Below are positions 19,501 to 34,500 of a DNA stretch of 64,000 nucleotides, piece after piece. This DNA comes from Yuukianura sp. NJ FZ-2021 (taxonomy: Eukaryota): positions 6,572,001 through 6,636,000 of the forward strand of contig CM102285.1 of assembly GCA_046563655.1 (NCBI GenBank), given 5' to 3'. The first letter of the stretch is position 1; each line of letters opens with the position of its first letter. The notes under the pieces are model-generated. The model searched no databases. It was not told the origin of the DNA and saw nothing but the letters and a program-made list of their open reading frames with translations. The position numbers and the translations under genes were made by a program.

Positions 19501-22500
19501 TTTCTAGAATTTTGAAGGGGTTTAAATTGCTCTGCAAATTCACAAAATGGCTGTATCTCGAGAAATATGGATTTCCGGTGAAATCTAATTGCAAATTCGG
19601 ATTCACCGACTTGAAATTGATGTGAGTACACTTTCAAAGGTGGGTATTTAGAAAGGCAGTTTTTCTAGAATTTTGAAAGGGGTTAAATTGCTCTGCAAAT
19701 TCACAAAATGGCTGTATCTCGAGAAATATGGATTGCCGGTGAAATCTAATTGCAAATTCGGATTCACCGACTTGAAATTGATGTGAGTACACTTTCAAAG
19801 GTGGACATTTAGAAAGGCAGTTTTTCTAGAATTTTGTAAGGGGAAAAATTGCTCTGCAAATTCACAAAATGGCTGTATCTCGAGAAATATGGATTTCCGG
19901 TGAAATCTAATTGCAAATTCGGATTCACCGACTTGAAATTGATGTGAGTACACTTTCAAAGGTGGGTATTTAGAAAGGCAGTTTTTCTAGAATTTTGAAG
20001 GGGTTAAATTGCTCTGCAAATTCACAAAATGGCTGTATCTCGAGAAATATGGATTGCCGGTGAAATCTAATTGCAAATTCGGATTCACCGACTTGAAATT
20101 GATGTGAGTACACTTTCAAAGGTGGGTATTTAGAAAGGCAGTTTTTCTAGAATTTTGTATGGGGTTAAATTGCTCTGCAAATTCACAAAATGGCTGTATC
20201 TCGAGAAATATGGATTTCCGGTGAAATCTAATTGCAAATTCGGATTCACCGACTTGAAATTGATGTGAGTACACTTTCAAAGGTGGGTATTTAGAAAGGC
20301 AGTTTTTCTAGAATTTTGAAGGGGTTAAATTGCTCTGCAAATTCACAAAATGGCTGTATCTCGAGAAATATGGATTGCCGGTGAAATCTAATTGCAAATT
20401 CGGATTCACCGACTTGAAATTGATGTGAGTACACTTTCAAAGGTGGGTATTTAGAAAGGCAGTTTTTCTAGAATTTTGAAGGGGTTAAATTGCTCTGCAA
20501 ATTCACAAAATGGCTGTATCTCGAGAAATATGGATTGCCGGTGAAATCTAATTGCAAATTCGGATTCACCGACTTGAAATTGATGTGAGTACACTTTCAA
20601 AGGTGGGTATTTAGAAAGGCAGTTTTTCTAGAATTTTGAAGGGGGTTAAATTGCTCTGCAAATTCACAAAATGGCTGTATCTCGAGAAATATGGATTGCC
20701 GGTGAAATCTAATTGCAAATTCGGATTCACCGACTTGAAATTGATGTGAGTACACTTTCAAAGGTGGACATTTAGAAAGGCAGTTTTTCTAGAATTTTGT
20801 AAGGGGAAAAATTGCTCTGCAAATTCACAAAATGGCTGTATCTCGAGAAATATGGATTTCCGGTGAAATCTAATTGCAAATTCGGATTCACCGACTTGAA
20901 ATTGATGTGAGTACACTTTCAAAGGTGGGTATTTAGAAAGGCAGTTTTTCTAGAATTTTGAAGGGGTTAAATTGCTCTGCAAATTCACAAAATGGCTGTA
21001 TCTCGAGAAATATGGATTTCCGGTGAAATCTAATTGCAAATTCGGATTCACCGACTTGAAATTGATGTGAGTACACTTTCAAAGGTGGGTATTTAGAAAG
21101 GCAGTTTTTCTAGAATTTTGAAGGGGTTAAATTGCTCTGCAAATTCACAAAATGGCTGTATCTCGAGAAATATGGATTGCCGGTGAAATCTAATTGCAAA
21201 TTCGGATTCACCGACTTGAAATTGATGTGAGTACACTTTCAAAGGTGGGTATTTAGAAAGGCAGTTTTTCTAGAATTTTGTAAGGGGAAAAATTGCTCTG
21301 CAAATTCACAAAATGGCTGTATCTCGAGAAATATGGATTTCCGGTGAAATCTAATTGCAAATTCGGATTCACCGACTTGAAATTGATGTGAGTACACTTT
21401 CAAAGGTGGGTATTTAGAAAGGCAGTTTTTCTAGAATTTTGAAGGGGTTAAATTGCTCTGCAAATTCACAAAATGGCTGTATCTCGAGAAATATGGATTG
21501 CCGGTGAAATCTAATTGCAAATTCGGATTCACCGACTTGAAATTGATGTGAGTACACTTTCAAAGGTGGGTATTTAGAAAGGCAGTTTTTCTAGAATTTT
21601 GAAGGGGTTAAATTGCTCTGCAAATTCACAAAATGGCTGTATCTCGAGAAATATGGATTTCCGGTGAAATCTAATTGCAAATTCGGATTCACCGACTTGA
21701 AATTGATGTGAGTACACTTTCAAAGGTGGGTATTTAGAAAGGCAGTTTTTCTAGAATTTTGAAGGGGTTAAATTGCTCTGCAAATTCACAAAATGGCTGT
21801 ATCTCGAGAAATATGGATTGCCGGTGAAATCTAATTGCAAATTCGGATTCACCGACTTGAAATTGATGTGAGTACACTTTCAAAGGTGGGTATTTAGAAA
21901 GGCAGTTTTTCTAGAATTTTGTAAGGGGAAAAATTGCTCTGCAAATTCACAAAATGGCTGTATCTCGAGAAATATGGATTGCCGGTGAAATCTAATTGCA
22001 AATTCGGATTCACCGACTTGAAATTGATGTGAGTACACTTTCAAAGGTGGGTATTTAGAAAGGCAGTTTTTCTAGAATTTTGAAGGGGTTAAATTGCTCT
22101 GCAAATTCACAAAATGGCTGTATCTCGAGAAATATGGATTTCCGGTGAAATCTAATTGCAAATTCGGATTCACCGACTTGAAATTGATGTGAGTACACTT
22201 TCAAAGGTGGGTATTTAGAAAGGCAGTTTTTCTAGAATTTTGTAAGGGGAAAAATTGCTCTGCAAATTCACAAAATGGCTGTATCTCGAGAAATATGGAT
22301 TGCCGGTGAAATCTAATTGCAAATTCGGATTCACCGACTTGAAATTGATGTGAGTACACTTTCAAAGGTGGGTATTTAGAAAGGCAGTTTTTCTAGAATT
22401 TTGAAGGGGTTAAATTGCTCTGCAAATTCACAAAATGGCTGTATCTCGAGAAATATGGATTGCCGGTGAAATCTAATTGCAAATTCGGATTCACCGACTT

Positions 22501-25500
22501 GAAATTGATGTGAGTACACTTTCAAAGGTGGGTATTTAGAAAGGCAGTTTTTCTAGAATTTTGAAGGGGTTAAATTGCTCTGCAAATTCACAAAATGGCT
22601 GTATCTCGAGAAATATGGATTGCCGGTGAAATCTAATTGCAAATTCGGATTCACCGACTTGAAATTGATGTGAGTACACTTTCAAAGGTGGGTATTTAGA
22701 AAGGCAGTTTTTCTAGAATTTTGTAAGGGGAAAAATTGCTCTGCAAATTCACAAAATGGCTGTATCTCGAGAAATATGGATTTCCGGTGAAATCTAATTG
22801 CAAATTCGGATTCACCGACTTGAAATTGATGTGAGTACACTTTCAAAGGTGGGTATTTAGAAAGGCAGTTTTTCTAGAATTTTGAAGGGGGTTAAATTGC
22901 TCTGCAAATTCACAAAATGGCTGTATCTCGAGAAATATGGATTTCCGGTGAAATCTAATTGCAAATTCGGATTCACCGACTTGAAATTGATGTGAGTACA
23001 CTTTCAAAGGTGGGTATTTAGAAAGGCAGTTTTTCTAGAATTTTGAAGGGGGTTAAATTGCTCTGCAAATTCACAAAATGGCTGTATCTCGAGAAATATG
23101 GATTGCCGGTGAAATCTAATTGCAAATTCGGATTCACCGACTTGAAATTGATGTGAGTACACTTTCAAAGGTGGACATTTAGAAAGGCAGTTTTTCTAGA
23201 ATTTTGTAAGGGGAAAAATTGCTCTGCAAATTCACAAAATGGCTGTATCTCGAGAAATATGGATTTCCGGTGAAATCTAATTGCAAATTCGGATTCACCG
23301 ACTTGAAATTGATGTGAGTACACTTTCAAAGGTGGGTATTTAGAAAGGCAGTTTTTCTAGAATTTTGAAGGGGTTAAATTGCTCTGCAAATTCACAAAAT
23401 GGCTGTATCTCGAGAAATATGGATTTCCGGTGAAATCTAATTGCAAATTCGGATTCACCGACTTGAAATTGATGTGAGTACACTTTCAAAGGTGGGTATT
23501 TAGAAAGGCAGTTTTTCTAGAATTTTGAAGGTGGTTAAATTGCTCTGCAAATTCACAAAATGGCTGTATCTCGAGAAATATGGATTGCCGGTGAAATCTA
23601 ATTGCAAATTCGGATTCACCGACTTGAAATTGATGTGAGTACACTTTCAAAGGTGGGTATTTAGAAAGGCAGTTTTTCTAGAATTTTGAAGGGGGTTAAA
23701 TTGCTCTGCAAATTCACAAAATGGCTGTATCTCGAGAAATATGGATTTCCGGTGAAATCTAATTGCAAATTCGGATTCACCGACTTGAAATTGATGTGAG
23801 TACACTTTCAAAGGTGGGTATTTAGAAAGGCAGTTTTTCTAGAATTTTGTAAGGGGAAAAATTGCTCTGCAAATTCACAAAATGGCTGTATCTCGAGAAA
23901 TATGGATTGCCGGTGAAATCTAATTGCAAATTCGGATTCACCGACTTGAAATTGATGTGAGTACACTTTCAAAGGTGGGTATTTAGAAAGGCAGTTTTTC
24001 TAGAATTTTGAAGGGGGTTAAATTGCTCTGCAAATTCACAAAATGGCTGTATCTCGAGAAATATGGATTGCCGGTGAAATCTAATTGCAAATTCGGATTC
24101 ACCGACTTGAAATTGATGTGAGTACACTTTCAAAGGTGGGTATTTAGAAAGGCAGTTTTTCTAGAATTTTGAAGGGGTTAAATTGCTCTGCAAATTCACA
24201 AAATGGCTGTATCTCGAGAAATATGGATTGCCGGTGAAATCTAATTGCAAATTCGGATTCACCGACTTGAAATTGATGTGAGTACACTTTCAAAGGTGGG
24301 TATTTAGAAAGGCAGTTTTTCTAGAATTTTGTAAGGGGAAAAATTGCTCTGCAAATTCACAAAATGGCTGTATCTCGAGAAATATGGATTGCCGGTGAAA
24401 TCTAATTGCAAATTCGGATTCACCGACTTGAAATTGATGTGAGTACACTTTCAAAGGTGGGTATTTAGAAAGGCAGTTTTTCTAGAATTTTGAAGGGGTT
24501 AAATTGCTCTGCAAATTCACAAAATGGCTGTATCTCGAGAAATATGGATTTCCGGTGAAATCTAATTGCAAATTCGGATTCACCGACTTGAAATTGATGT
24601 GAGTACACTTTCAAAGGTGGGTATTTAGAAAGGCAGTTTTTCTAGAATTTTGTAAGGGGAAAAATTGCTCTGCAAATTCACAAAATGGCTGTATCTCGAG
24701 AAATATGGATTGCCGGTGAAATCTAATTGCAAATTCGGATTCACCGACTTGAAATTGATGTGAGTACACTTTCAAAGGTGGGTATTTAGAAAGGCAGTTT
24801 TTCTAGAATTTTGAAGGGGTTAAATTGCTCTGCAAATTCACAAAATGGCTGTATCTCGAGAAATATGGATTGCCGGTGAAATCTAATTGCAAATTCGGAT
24901 TCACCGACTTGAAATTGATGTGAGTACACTTTCAAAGGTGGGTATTTAGAAAGGCAGTTTTTCTAGAATTTTGAAGGGGTTAAATTGCTCTGCAAATTCA
25001 CAAAATGGCTGTATCTCGAGAAATATGGATTGCCGGTGAAATCTAATTGCAAATTCGGATTCACCGACTTGAAATTGATGTGAGTACACTTTCAAAGGTG
25101 GGTATTTAGAAAGGCAGTTTTTCTAGAATTTTGTAAGGGGAAAAATTGCTCTGCAAATTCACAAAATGGCTGTATCTCGAGAAATATGGATTTCCGGTGA
25201 AATCTAATTGCAAATTCGGATTCACCGACTTGAAATTGATGTGAGTACACTTTCAAAGGTGGGTATTTAGAAAGGCAGTTTTTCTAGAATTTTGAAGGGG
25301 TTAAATTGCTCTGCAAATTCACAAAATGGCTGTATCTCGAGAAATATGGATTTCCGGTGAAATCTAATTGCAAATTCGGATTCACCGACTTGAAATTGAT
25401 GTGAGTACACTTTCAAAGGTGGGTATTTAGAAAGGCAGTTTTTCTAGAATTTTGAAGGGGTTAAATTGCTCTGCAAATTCACAAAATGGCTGTATCTCGA

Positions 25501-28500
25501 GAAATATGGATTGCCGGTGAAATCTAATTGCAAATTCGGATTCACCGACTTGAAATTGATGTGAGTACACTTTCAAAGGTGGGTATTTAGAAAGGCAGTT
25601 TTTCTAGAATTTTGAAGGGGGTTAAATTGCTCTGCAAATTCACAAAATGGCTGTATCTCGAGAAATATGGATTGCCGGTGAAATCTAATTGCAAATTCGG
25701 ATTCACCGACTTGAAATTGATGTGAGTACACTTTCAAAGGTGGACATTTAGAAAGGCAGTTTTTCTAGAATTTTGTAAGGGGAAAAATTGCTCTGCAAAT
25801 TCACAAAATGGCTGTATCTCGAGAAATATGGATTTCCGGTGAAATCTAATTGCAAATTCGGATTCACCGACTTGAAATTGATGTGAGTACACTTTCAAAG
25901 GTGGGTATTTAGAAAGGCAGTTTTTCTAGAATTTTGAAGGGGTTAAATTGCTCTGCAAATTCACAAAATGGCTGTATCTCGAGAAATATGGATTTCCGGT
26001 GAAATCTAATTGCAAATTCGGATTCACCGACTTGAAATTGATGTGAGTACACTTTCAAAGGTGGGTATTTAGAAAGGCAGTTTTTCTAGAATTTTGAAGG
26101 GGTTAAATTGCTCTGCAAATTCACAAAATGGCTGTATCTCGAGAAATATGGATTGCCGGTGAAATCTAATTGCAAATTCGGATTCACCGACTTGAAATTG
26201 ATGTGAGTACACTTTCAAAGGTGGACATTTAGAAAGGCAGTTTTTCTAGAATTTTGAAGTGGGTTAAATTGCTCTGCAAATTCACAAAATGGCTGTATCT
26301 CGAGAAATATGGATTTCCGGTGAAATCTAATTGCAAATTCGGATTCACCGACTTGAAATTGATGTGAGTACACTTTCAAAGGTGGGTATTTAGAAAGGCA
26401 GTTTTTCTAGAATTTTGAAGGGGTTAAATTGCTCTGCAAATTCACAAAATGGCTGTATCTCGAGAAATATGGATTGCCGGTGAAATCTAATTGCAAATTC
26501 GGATTCACCGACTTGAAATTGATGTGAGTACACTTTCAAAGGTGGGTATTTAGAAAGGCAGTTTTTCTAGAATTTTGAAGGGGTTAAATTGCTCTGCAAA
26601 TTCACAAAATGGCTGTATCTCGAGAAATATGGATTGCCGGTGAAATCTAATTGCAAATTCGGATTCACCGACTTGAAATTGATGTGAGTACACTTTCAAA
26701 GGTGGGTATTTAGAAAGGCAGTTTTTCTAGAATTTTGTAAGCGGAAAAATTGCTCTGCAAATTCACAAAATGGCTGTATCTCGAGAAATATGGATTGCCG
26801 GTGAAATCTAATTGCAAATTCGGATTCACCGACTTGAAATTGATGTGAGTACACTTTCAAAGGTGGGTATTTAGAAAGGCAGTTTTTCTAGAATTTTGAA
26901 GGGGTTAAATTGCTCTGCAAATTCACAAAATGGCTGTATCTCGAGAAATATGGATTTCCGGTGAAATCTAATTGCAAATTCGGATTCACCGACTTGAAAT
27001 TGATGTGAGTACACTTTCAAAGGTGGGTATTTAGAAAGGCAGTTTTTCTAGAATTTTGTAAGGGGAAAAATTGCTCTGCAAATTCACAAAATGGCTGTAT
27101 CTCGAGAAATATGGATTGCCGGTGAAATCTAATTGCAAATTCGGATTCACCGACTTGAAATTGATGTGAGTACACTTTCAAAGGTGGGTATTTAGAAAGG
27201 CAGTTTTTCTAGAATTTTGAAGGGGTTAAATTGCTCTGCAAATTCACAAAATGGCTGTATCTCGAGAAATATGGATTGCCGGTGAAATCTAATTGCAAAT
27301 TCGGATTCACCGACTTGAAATTGATGTGAGTACACTTTCAAAGGTGGGTATTTAGAAAGGCAGTTTTTCTAGAATTTTGAAGGGGTTAAATTGCTCTGCA
27401 AATTCACAAAATGGCTGTATCTCGAGAAATATGGATTGCCGGTGAAATCTAATTGCAAATTCGGATTCACCGACTTGAAATTGATGTGAGTACACTTTCA
27501 AAGGTGGGTATTTAGAAAGGCAGTTTTTCTAGAATTTTGTAAGGCGTCAAAATTGCTCTGCAAATTCACAAAATGGCTGTATCTCGAGAAATATGGATTT
27601 CCGGTGAAATCTAATTGCAAATTCGGATTCACCGACTTGAAATTGATGTGAGTACACTTTCAAAGGTGGGTATTTAGAAAGGCAGTTTTTCTAGAATTTT
27701 GAAGGGGTTAAATTGCTCTGCAAATTCACAAAATGGCTGTATCTCGAGAAATATGGATTTCCGGTGAAATCTAATTGCAAATTCGGATTCACCGACTTGA
27801 AATTGATGTGAGTACACTTTCAAAGGTGGGTATTTAGAAAGGCAGTTTTTCTAGAATTTTGAAGGGGGTTAAATTGCTCTGCAAATTCACAAAATGGCTG
27901 TATCTCGAGAAATATGGATTGCCGGTGAAATCTAATTGCAAATTCGGATTCACCGACTTGAAATTGATGTGAGTACACTTTCAAAGGTGGGTATTTAGAA
28001 AGGCAGTTTTTCTAGAATTTTGAAGGGGGTTAAATTGCTCTGCAAATTCACAAAATGGCTGTATCTCGAGAAATATGGATTGCCGGTGAAATCTAATTGC
28101 AAATTCGGATTCACCGACTTGAAATTGATGTGAGTACACTTTCAAAGGTGGGTATTTAGAAAGGCAGTTTTTCTAGAATTTTGAAGGGGGTTAAATTGCT
28201 CTGCAAATTCACAAAATGGCTGTATCTCGAGAAATATGGATTTCCGGTGAAATCTAATTGCAAATTCGGATTCACCGACTTGAAATTGATGTGAGTACAC
28301 TTTCAAAGGTGGGTATTTAGAAAGGCAGTTTTTCTAGAATTTTGAAGGGGGTTAAATTGCTCTGCAAATTCACAAAATGGCTGTATCTCGAGAAATATGG
28401 ATTGCCGGTGAAATCTAATTGCAAATTCGGATTCACCGACTTGAAATTGATGTGAGTACACTTTCAAAGGTGGGTATTTAGAAAGGCAGTTTTTCTAGAA

Positions 28501-31500
28501 TTTTGAAGGGGTTAAATTGCTCTGCAAATTCACAAAATGGCTGTATCTCGAGAAATATGGATTGCCGGTGAAATCTAATTGCAAATTCGGATTCACCGAC
28601 TTGAAATTGATGTGAGTACACTTTCAAAGGTGGGTATTTAGAAAGGCAGTTTTTCTAGAATTTTGTAAGGGGAAAAATTGCTCTGCAAATTCACAAAATG
28701 GCTGTATCTCGAGAAATATGGATTTCCGGTGAAATCTAATTGCAAATTCGGATTCACCGACTTGAAATTGATGTGAGTACACTTTCAAAGGTGGGTATTT
28801 AGAAAGGCAGTTTTTCTAGAATTTTGAAGGGGGTTAAATTGCTCTGCAAATTCACAAAATGGCTGTATCTCGAGAAATATGGATTGCCGGTGAAATCTAA
28901 TTGCAAATTCGGATTCACCGACTTGAAATTGATGTGAGTACACTTTCAAAGGTGGGTATTTAGAAAGGCAGTTTTTCTAGAATTTTGAAGGGGGTTAAAT
29001 TGCTCTGCAAATTCACAAAATGGCTGTATCTCGAGAAATATGGATTGCCGGTGAAATCTAATTGCAAATTCGGATTCACCGACTTGAAATTGATGTGAGT
29101 ACACTTTCAAAGGTGGGTATTTAGAAAGGCAGTTTTTCTAGAATTTTGAAGGGGGTTAAATTGCTCTGCAAATTCACAAAATGGCTGTATCTCGAGAAAT
29201 ATGGATTTCCGGTGAAATCTAATTGCAAATTCGGATTCACCGACTTGAAATTGATGTGAGTACACTTTCAAAGGTGGGTATTTAGAAAGGCAGTTTTTCT
29301 AGAATTTTGAAGGGGGTTAAATTGCTCTGCAAATTCACAAAATGGCTGTATCTCGAGAAATATGGATTTCCGGTGAAATCTAATTGCAAATTCGGATTCA
29401 CCGACTTGAAATTGATGTGAGTACACTTTCAAAGGTGGGTATTTAGAAAGGCAGTTTTTCTAGAATTTTGTAAGGGGAAAAATTGCTCTGCAAATTCACA
29501 AAATGGCTGTATCTCGAGAAATATGGATTTCCGGTGAAATCTAATTGCAAATTCGGATTCACCGACTTGAAATTGATGTGAGTACACTTTCAAAGGTGGG
29601 TATTTAGAAAGGCAGTTTTTCTAGAATTTTGAAGGGGTTAAATTGCTCTGCAAATTCACAAAATGGCTGTATCTCGAGAAATATGGATTGCCGGTGAAAT
29701 CTAATTGCAAATTCGGATTCACCGACTTGAAATTGATGTGAGTACACTTTCAAAGGTGGGTATTTAGAAAGGCAGTTTTTCTAGAATTTTGAAGGGGTTA
29801 AATTGCTCTGCAAATTCACAAAATGGCTGTATCTCGAGAAATATGGATTGCCGGTGAAATCTAATTGCAAATTCGGATTCACCGACTTGAAATTGATGTG
29901 AGTACACTTTCAAAGGTGGGTATTTAGAAAGGCAGTTTTTCTAGAATTTTGTAAGGGGAAAAATTGCTCTGCAAATTCACAAAATGGCTGTATCTCGAGA
30001 AATATGGATTTCCGGTGAAATCTAATTGCAAATTCGGATTCACCGACTTGAAATTGATGTGAGTACACTTTCAAAGGTGGGTATTTAGAAAGGCAGTTTT
30101 TCTAGAATTTTGAAGGGGTTAAATTGCTCTGCAAATTCACAAAATGGCTGTATCTCGAGAAATATGGATTGCCGGTGAAATCTAATTGCAAATTCGGATT
30201 CACCGACTTGAAATTGATGTGAGTACACTTTCAAAGGTGGGTATTTAGAAAGGCAGTTTTTCTAGAATTTTGAAGGGGTTAAATTGCTCTGCAAATTCAC
30301 AAAATGGCTGTATCTCGAGAAATATGGATTGCCGGTGAAATCTAATTGCAAATTCGGATTCACCGACTTGAAATTGATGTGAGTACACTTTCAAAGGTGG
30401 GTATTTAGAAAGGCAGTTTTTCTAGAATTTTGAAGGGGTTAAATTGCTCTGCAAATTCACAAAATGGCTGTATCTCGAGAAATATGGATTTCCGGTGAAA
30501 TCTAATTGCAAATTCGGATTCACCGACTTGAAATTGATGTGAGTACACTTTCAAAGGTGGGTATTTAGAAAGGCAGTTTTTCTAGAATTTTGAAGGGGTT
30601 AAATTGCTCTGCAAATTCACAAAATGGCTGTATCTCGAGAAATATGGATTGCCGGTGAAATCTAATTGCAAATTCGGATTCACCGACTTGAAATTGATGT
30701 GAGTACACTTTCAAAGGTGGGTATTTAGAAAGGCAGTTTTTCTAGAATTTTGAAGGGGTTAAATTGCTCTGCAAATTCACAAAATGGCTGTATCTCGAGA
30801 AATATGGATTGCCGGTGAAATCTAATTGCAAATTCGGATTCACCGACTTGAAATTGATGTGAGTACACTTTCAAAGGTGGGTATTTAGAAAGGCAGTTTT
30901 TCTAGAATTTTGTAAGGGGAAAAATTGCTCTGCAAATTCACAAAATGGCTGTATCTCGAGAAATATGGATTTCCGGTGAAATCTAATTGCAAATTCGGAT
31001 TCACCGACTTGAAATTGATGTGAGTACACTTTCAAAGGTGGGTATTTAGAAAGGCAGTTTTTCTAGAATTTTGAAGGGGTTAAATTGCTCTGCAAATTCA
31101 CAAAATGGCTGTATCTCGAGAAATATGGATTGCCGGTGAAATCTAATTGCAAATTCGGATTCACCGACTTGAAATTGATGTGAGTACACTTTCAAAGGTG
31201 GGTATTTAGAAAGGCAGTTTTTCTAGAATTTTGAAGGGGTTAAATTGCTCTGCAAATTCACAAAATGGCTGTATCTCGAGAAATATGGATTGCCGGTGAA
31301 ATCTAATTGCAAATTCGGATTCACCGACTTGAAATTGATGTGAGTACACTTTCAAAGGTGGGTATTTAGAAAGGCAGTTTTTCTAGAATTTTGAAGGGGT
31401 TAAATTGCTCTGCAAATTCACAAAATGGCTGTATCTCGAGAAATATGGATTGCCGGTGAAATCTAATTGCAAATTCGGATTCACCGACTTGAAATTGATG

Positions 31501-34500
31501 TGAGTACACTTTCAAAGGTGGGTATTTAGAAAGGCAGTTTTTCTAGAATTTTGACAGGGGTTAAATTGCTCTGCAAATTCACAAAATGGCTGTATCTCGA
31601 GAAATATGGATTTCCGGTGAAATCTAATTGCAAATTCGGATTCACCGACTTGAAATTGATGTGAGTACACTTTCAAAGGTGGGTATTTAGAAAGGCAGTT
31701 TTTCTAGAATTTTGAAGGTGGTTAAATTGCTCTGCAAATTCACAAAATGGCTGTATCTCGAGAAATATGGATTGCCGGTGAAATCTAATTGCAAATTCGG
31801 ATTCACCGACTTGAAATTGATGTGAGTACACTTTCAAAGGTGGGTATTTAGAAAGGCAGTTTTTCTAGAATTTTGAAGGGGTTAAATTGCTCTGCAAATT
31901 CACAAAATGGCTGTATCTCGAGAAATATGGATTGCCGGTGAAATCTAATTGCAAATTCGGATTCACCGACTTGAAATTGATGTGAGTACACTTTCAAAGG
32001 TGGGTATTTAGAAAGGCAGTTTTTCTAGAATTTTGAAGGGGTTAAATTGCTCTGCAAATTCACAAAATGGCTGTATCTCGAGAAATATGGATTGCCGGTG
32101 AAATCTAATTGCAAATTCGGATTCACCGACTTGAAATTGATGTGAGTACACTTTCAAAGGTGGGTATTTAGAAAGGCAGTTTTTCTAGAATTTTGAAGGG
32201 GGTTAAATTGCTCTGCAAATTCACAAAATGGCTGTATCTCGAGAAATATGGATTGCCGGTGAAATCTAATTGCAAATTCGGATTCACCGACTTGAAATTG
32301 ATGTGAGTACACTTTCAAAGGTGGGTATTTAGAAAGGCAGTTTTTCTAGAATTTTGTAAGGGGAAAAATTGCTCTGCAAATTCACAAAATGGCTGTATCT
32401 CGAGAAATATGGATTTCCGGTGAAATCTAATTGCAAATTCGGATTCACCGACTTGAAATTGATGTGAGTACACTTTCAAAGGTGGGTATTTAGAAAGGCA
32501 GTTTTTCTAGAATTTTGAAGGGGTTAAATTGCTCTGCAAATTCACAAAATGGCTGTATCTCGAGAAATATGGATTGCCGGTGAAATCTAATTGCAAATTC
32601 GGATTCACCGACTTGAAATTGATGTGAGTACACTTTCAAAGGTGGGTATTTAGAAAGGCAGTTTTTCTAGAATTTTGAACGGTGTTAAATTGCTCTGCAA
32701 ATTCACAAAATGGCTGTATCTCGAGAAATATGGATTGCCGGTGAAATCTAATTGCAAATTCGGATTCACCGACTTGAAATTGATGTGAGTACACTTTCAA
32801 AGGTGGGTATTTAGAAAGGCAGTTTTTCTAGAATTTTGAAGGGGGTTAAATTGCTCTGCAAATTCACAAAATGGCTGTATCTCGAGAAATATGGATTGCC
32901 GGTGAAATCTAATTGCAAATTCGGATTCACCGACTTGAAATTGATGTGAGTACACTTTCAAAGGTGGGTATTTAGAAAGGCAGTTTTTCTAGAATTTTGA
33001 AGGGGTTAAATTGCTCTGCAAATTCACAAAATGGCTGTATCTCGAGAAATATGGATTGCCGGTGAAATCTAATTGCAAATTCGGATTCACCGACTTGAAA
33101 TTGATGTGAGTACACTTTCAAAGGTGGGTATTTAGAAAGGCAGTTTTTCTAGAATTTTGAAGGGGTTAAATTGCTCTGCAAATTCACAAAATGGCTGTAT
33201 CTCGAGAAATATGGATTGCCGGTGAAATCTAATTGCAAATTCGGATTCACCGACTTGAAATTGATGTGAGTACACTTTCAAAGGTGGGTATTTAGAAAGG
33301 CAGTTTTTCTAGAATTTTGAAGGGGTTAAATTGCTCTGCAAATTCACAAAATGGCTGTATCTCGAGAAATATGGATTGCCGGTGAAATCTAATTGCAAAT
33401 TCGGATTCACCGACTTGAAATTGATGTGAGTACACTTTCAAAGGTGGGTATTTAGAAAGGCAGTTTTTCTAGAATTTTGAAGGGGGTTAAATTGCTCTGC
33501 AAATTCACAAAATGGCTGTATCTCGAGAAATATGGATTGCCGGTGAAATCTAATTGCAAATTCGGATTCACCGACTTGAAATTGATGTGAGTACACTTTC
33601 AAAGGTGGGTATTTAGAAAGGCAGTTTTTCTAGAATTTTGTAAGGGGAAAAATTGCTCTGCAAATTCACAAAATGGCTGTATCTCGAGAAATATGGATTT
33701 CCGGTGAAATCTAATTGCAAATTCGGATTCACCGACTTGAAATTGATGTGAGTACACTTTCAAAGGTGGGTATTTAGAAAGGCAGTTTTTCTAGAATTTT
33801 GAAGGGGGTTAAATTGCTCTGCAAATTCACAAAATGGCTGTATCTCGAGAAATATGGATTGCCGGTGAAATCTAATTGCAAATTCGGATTCACCGACTTG
33901 AAATTGATGTGAGTACACTTTCAAAGGTGGGTATTTAGAAAGGCAGTTTTTCTAGAATTTTGAAGGGGTTAAATTGCTCTGCAAATTCACAAAATGGCTG
34001 TATCTCGAGAAATATGGATTGCCGGTGAAATCTAATTGCAAATTCGGATTCACCGACTTGAAATTGATGTGAGTACACTTTCAAAGGTGGGTATTTAGAA
34101 AGGCAGTTTTTCTAGAATTTTGAAGGGGTTAAATTGCTCTGCAAATTCACAAAATGGCTGTATCTCGAGAAATATGGATTGCCGGTGAAATCTAATTGCA
34201 AATTCGGATTCACCGACTTGAAATTGATGTGAGTACACTTTCAAAGGTGGGTATTTAGAAAGGCAGTTTTTCTAGAATTTTGAAGGGGGTTAAATTGCTC
34301 TGCAAATTCACAAAATGGCTGTATCTCGAGAAATATGGATTGCCGGTGAAATCTAATTGCAAATTCGGATTCACCGACTTGAAATTGATGTGAGTACACT
34401 TTCAAAGGTGGGTATTTAGAAAGGCAGTTTTTCTAGAATTTTGAAGGGGTTAAATTGCTCTGCAAATTCACAAAATGGCTGTATCTCGAGAAATATGGAT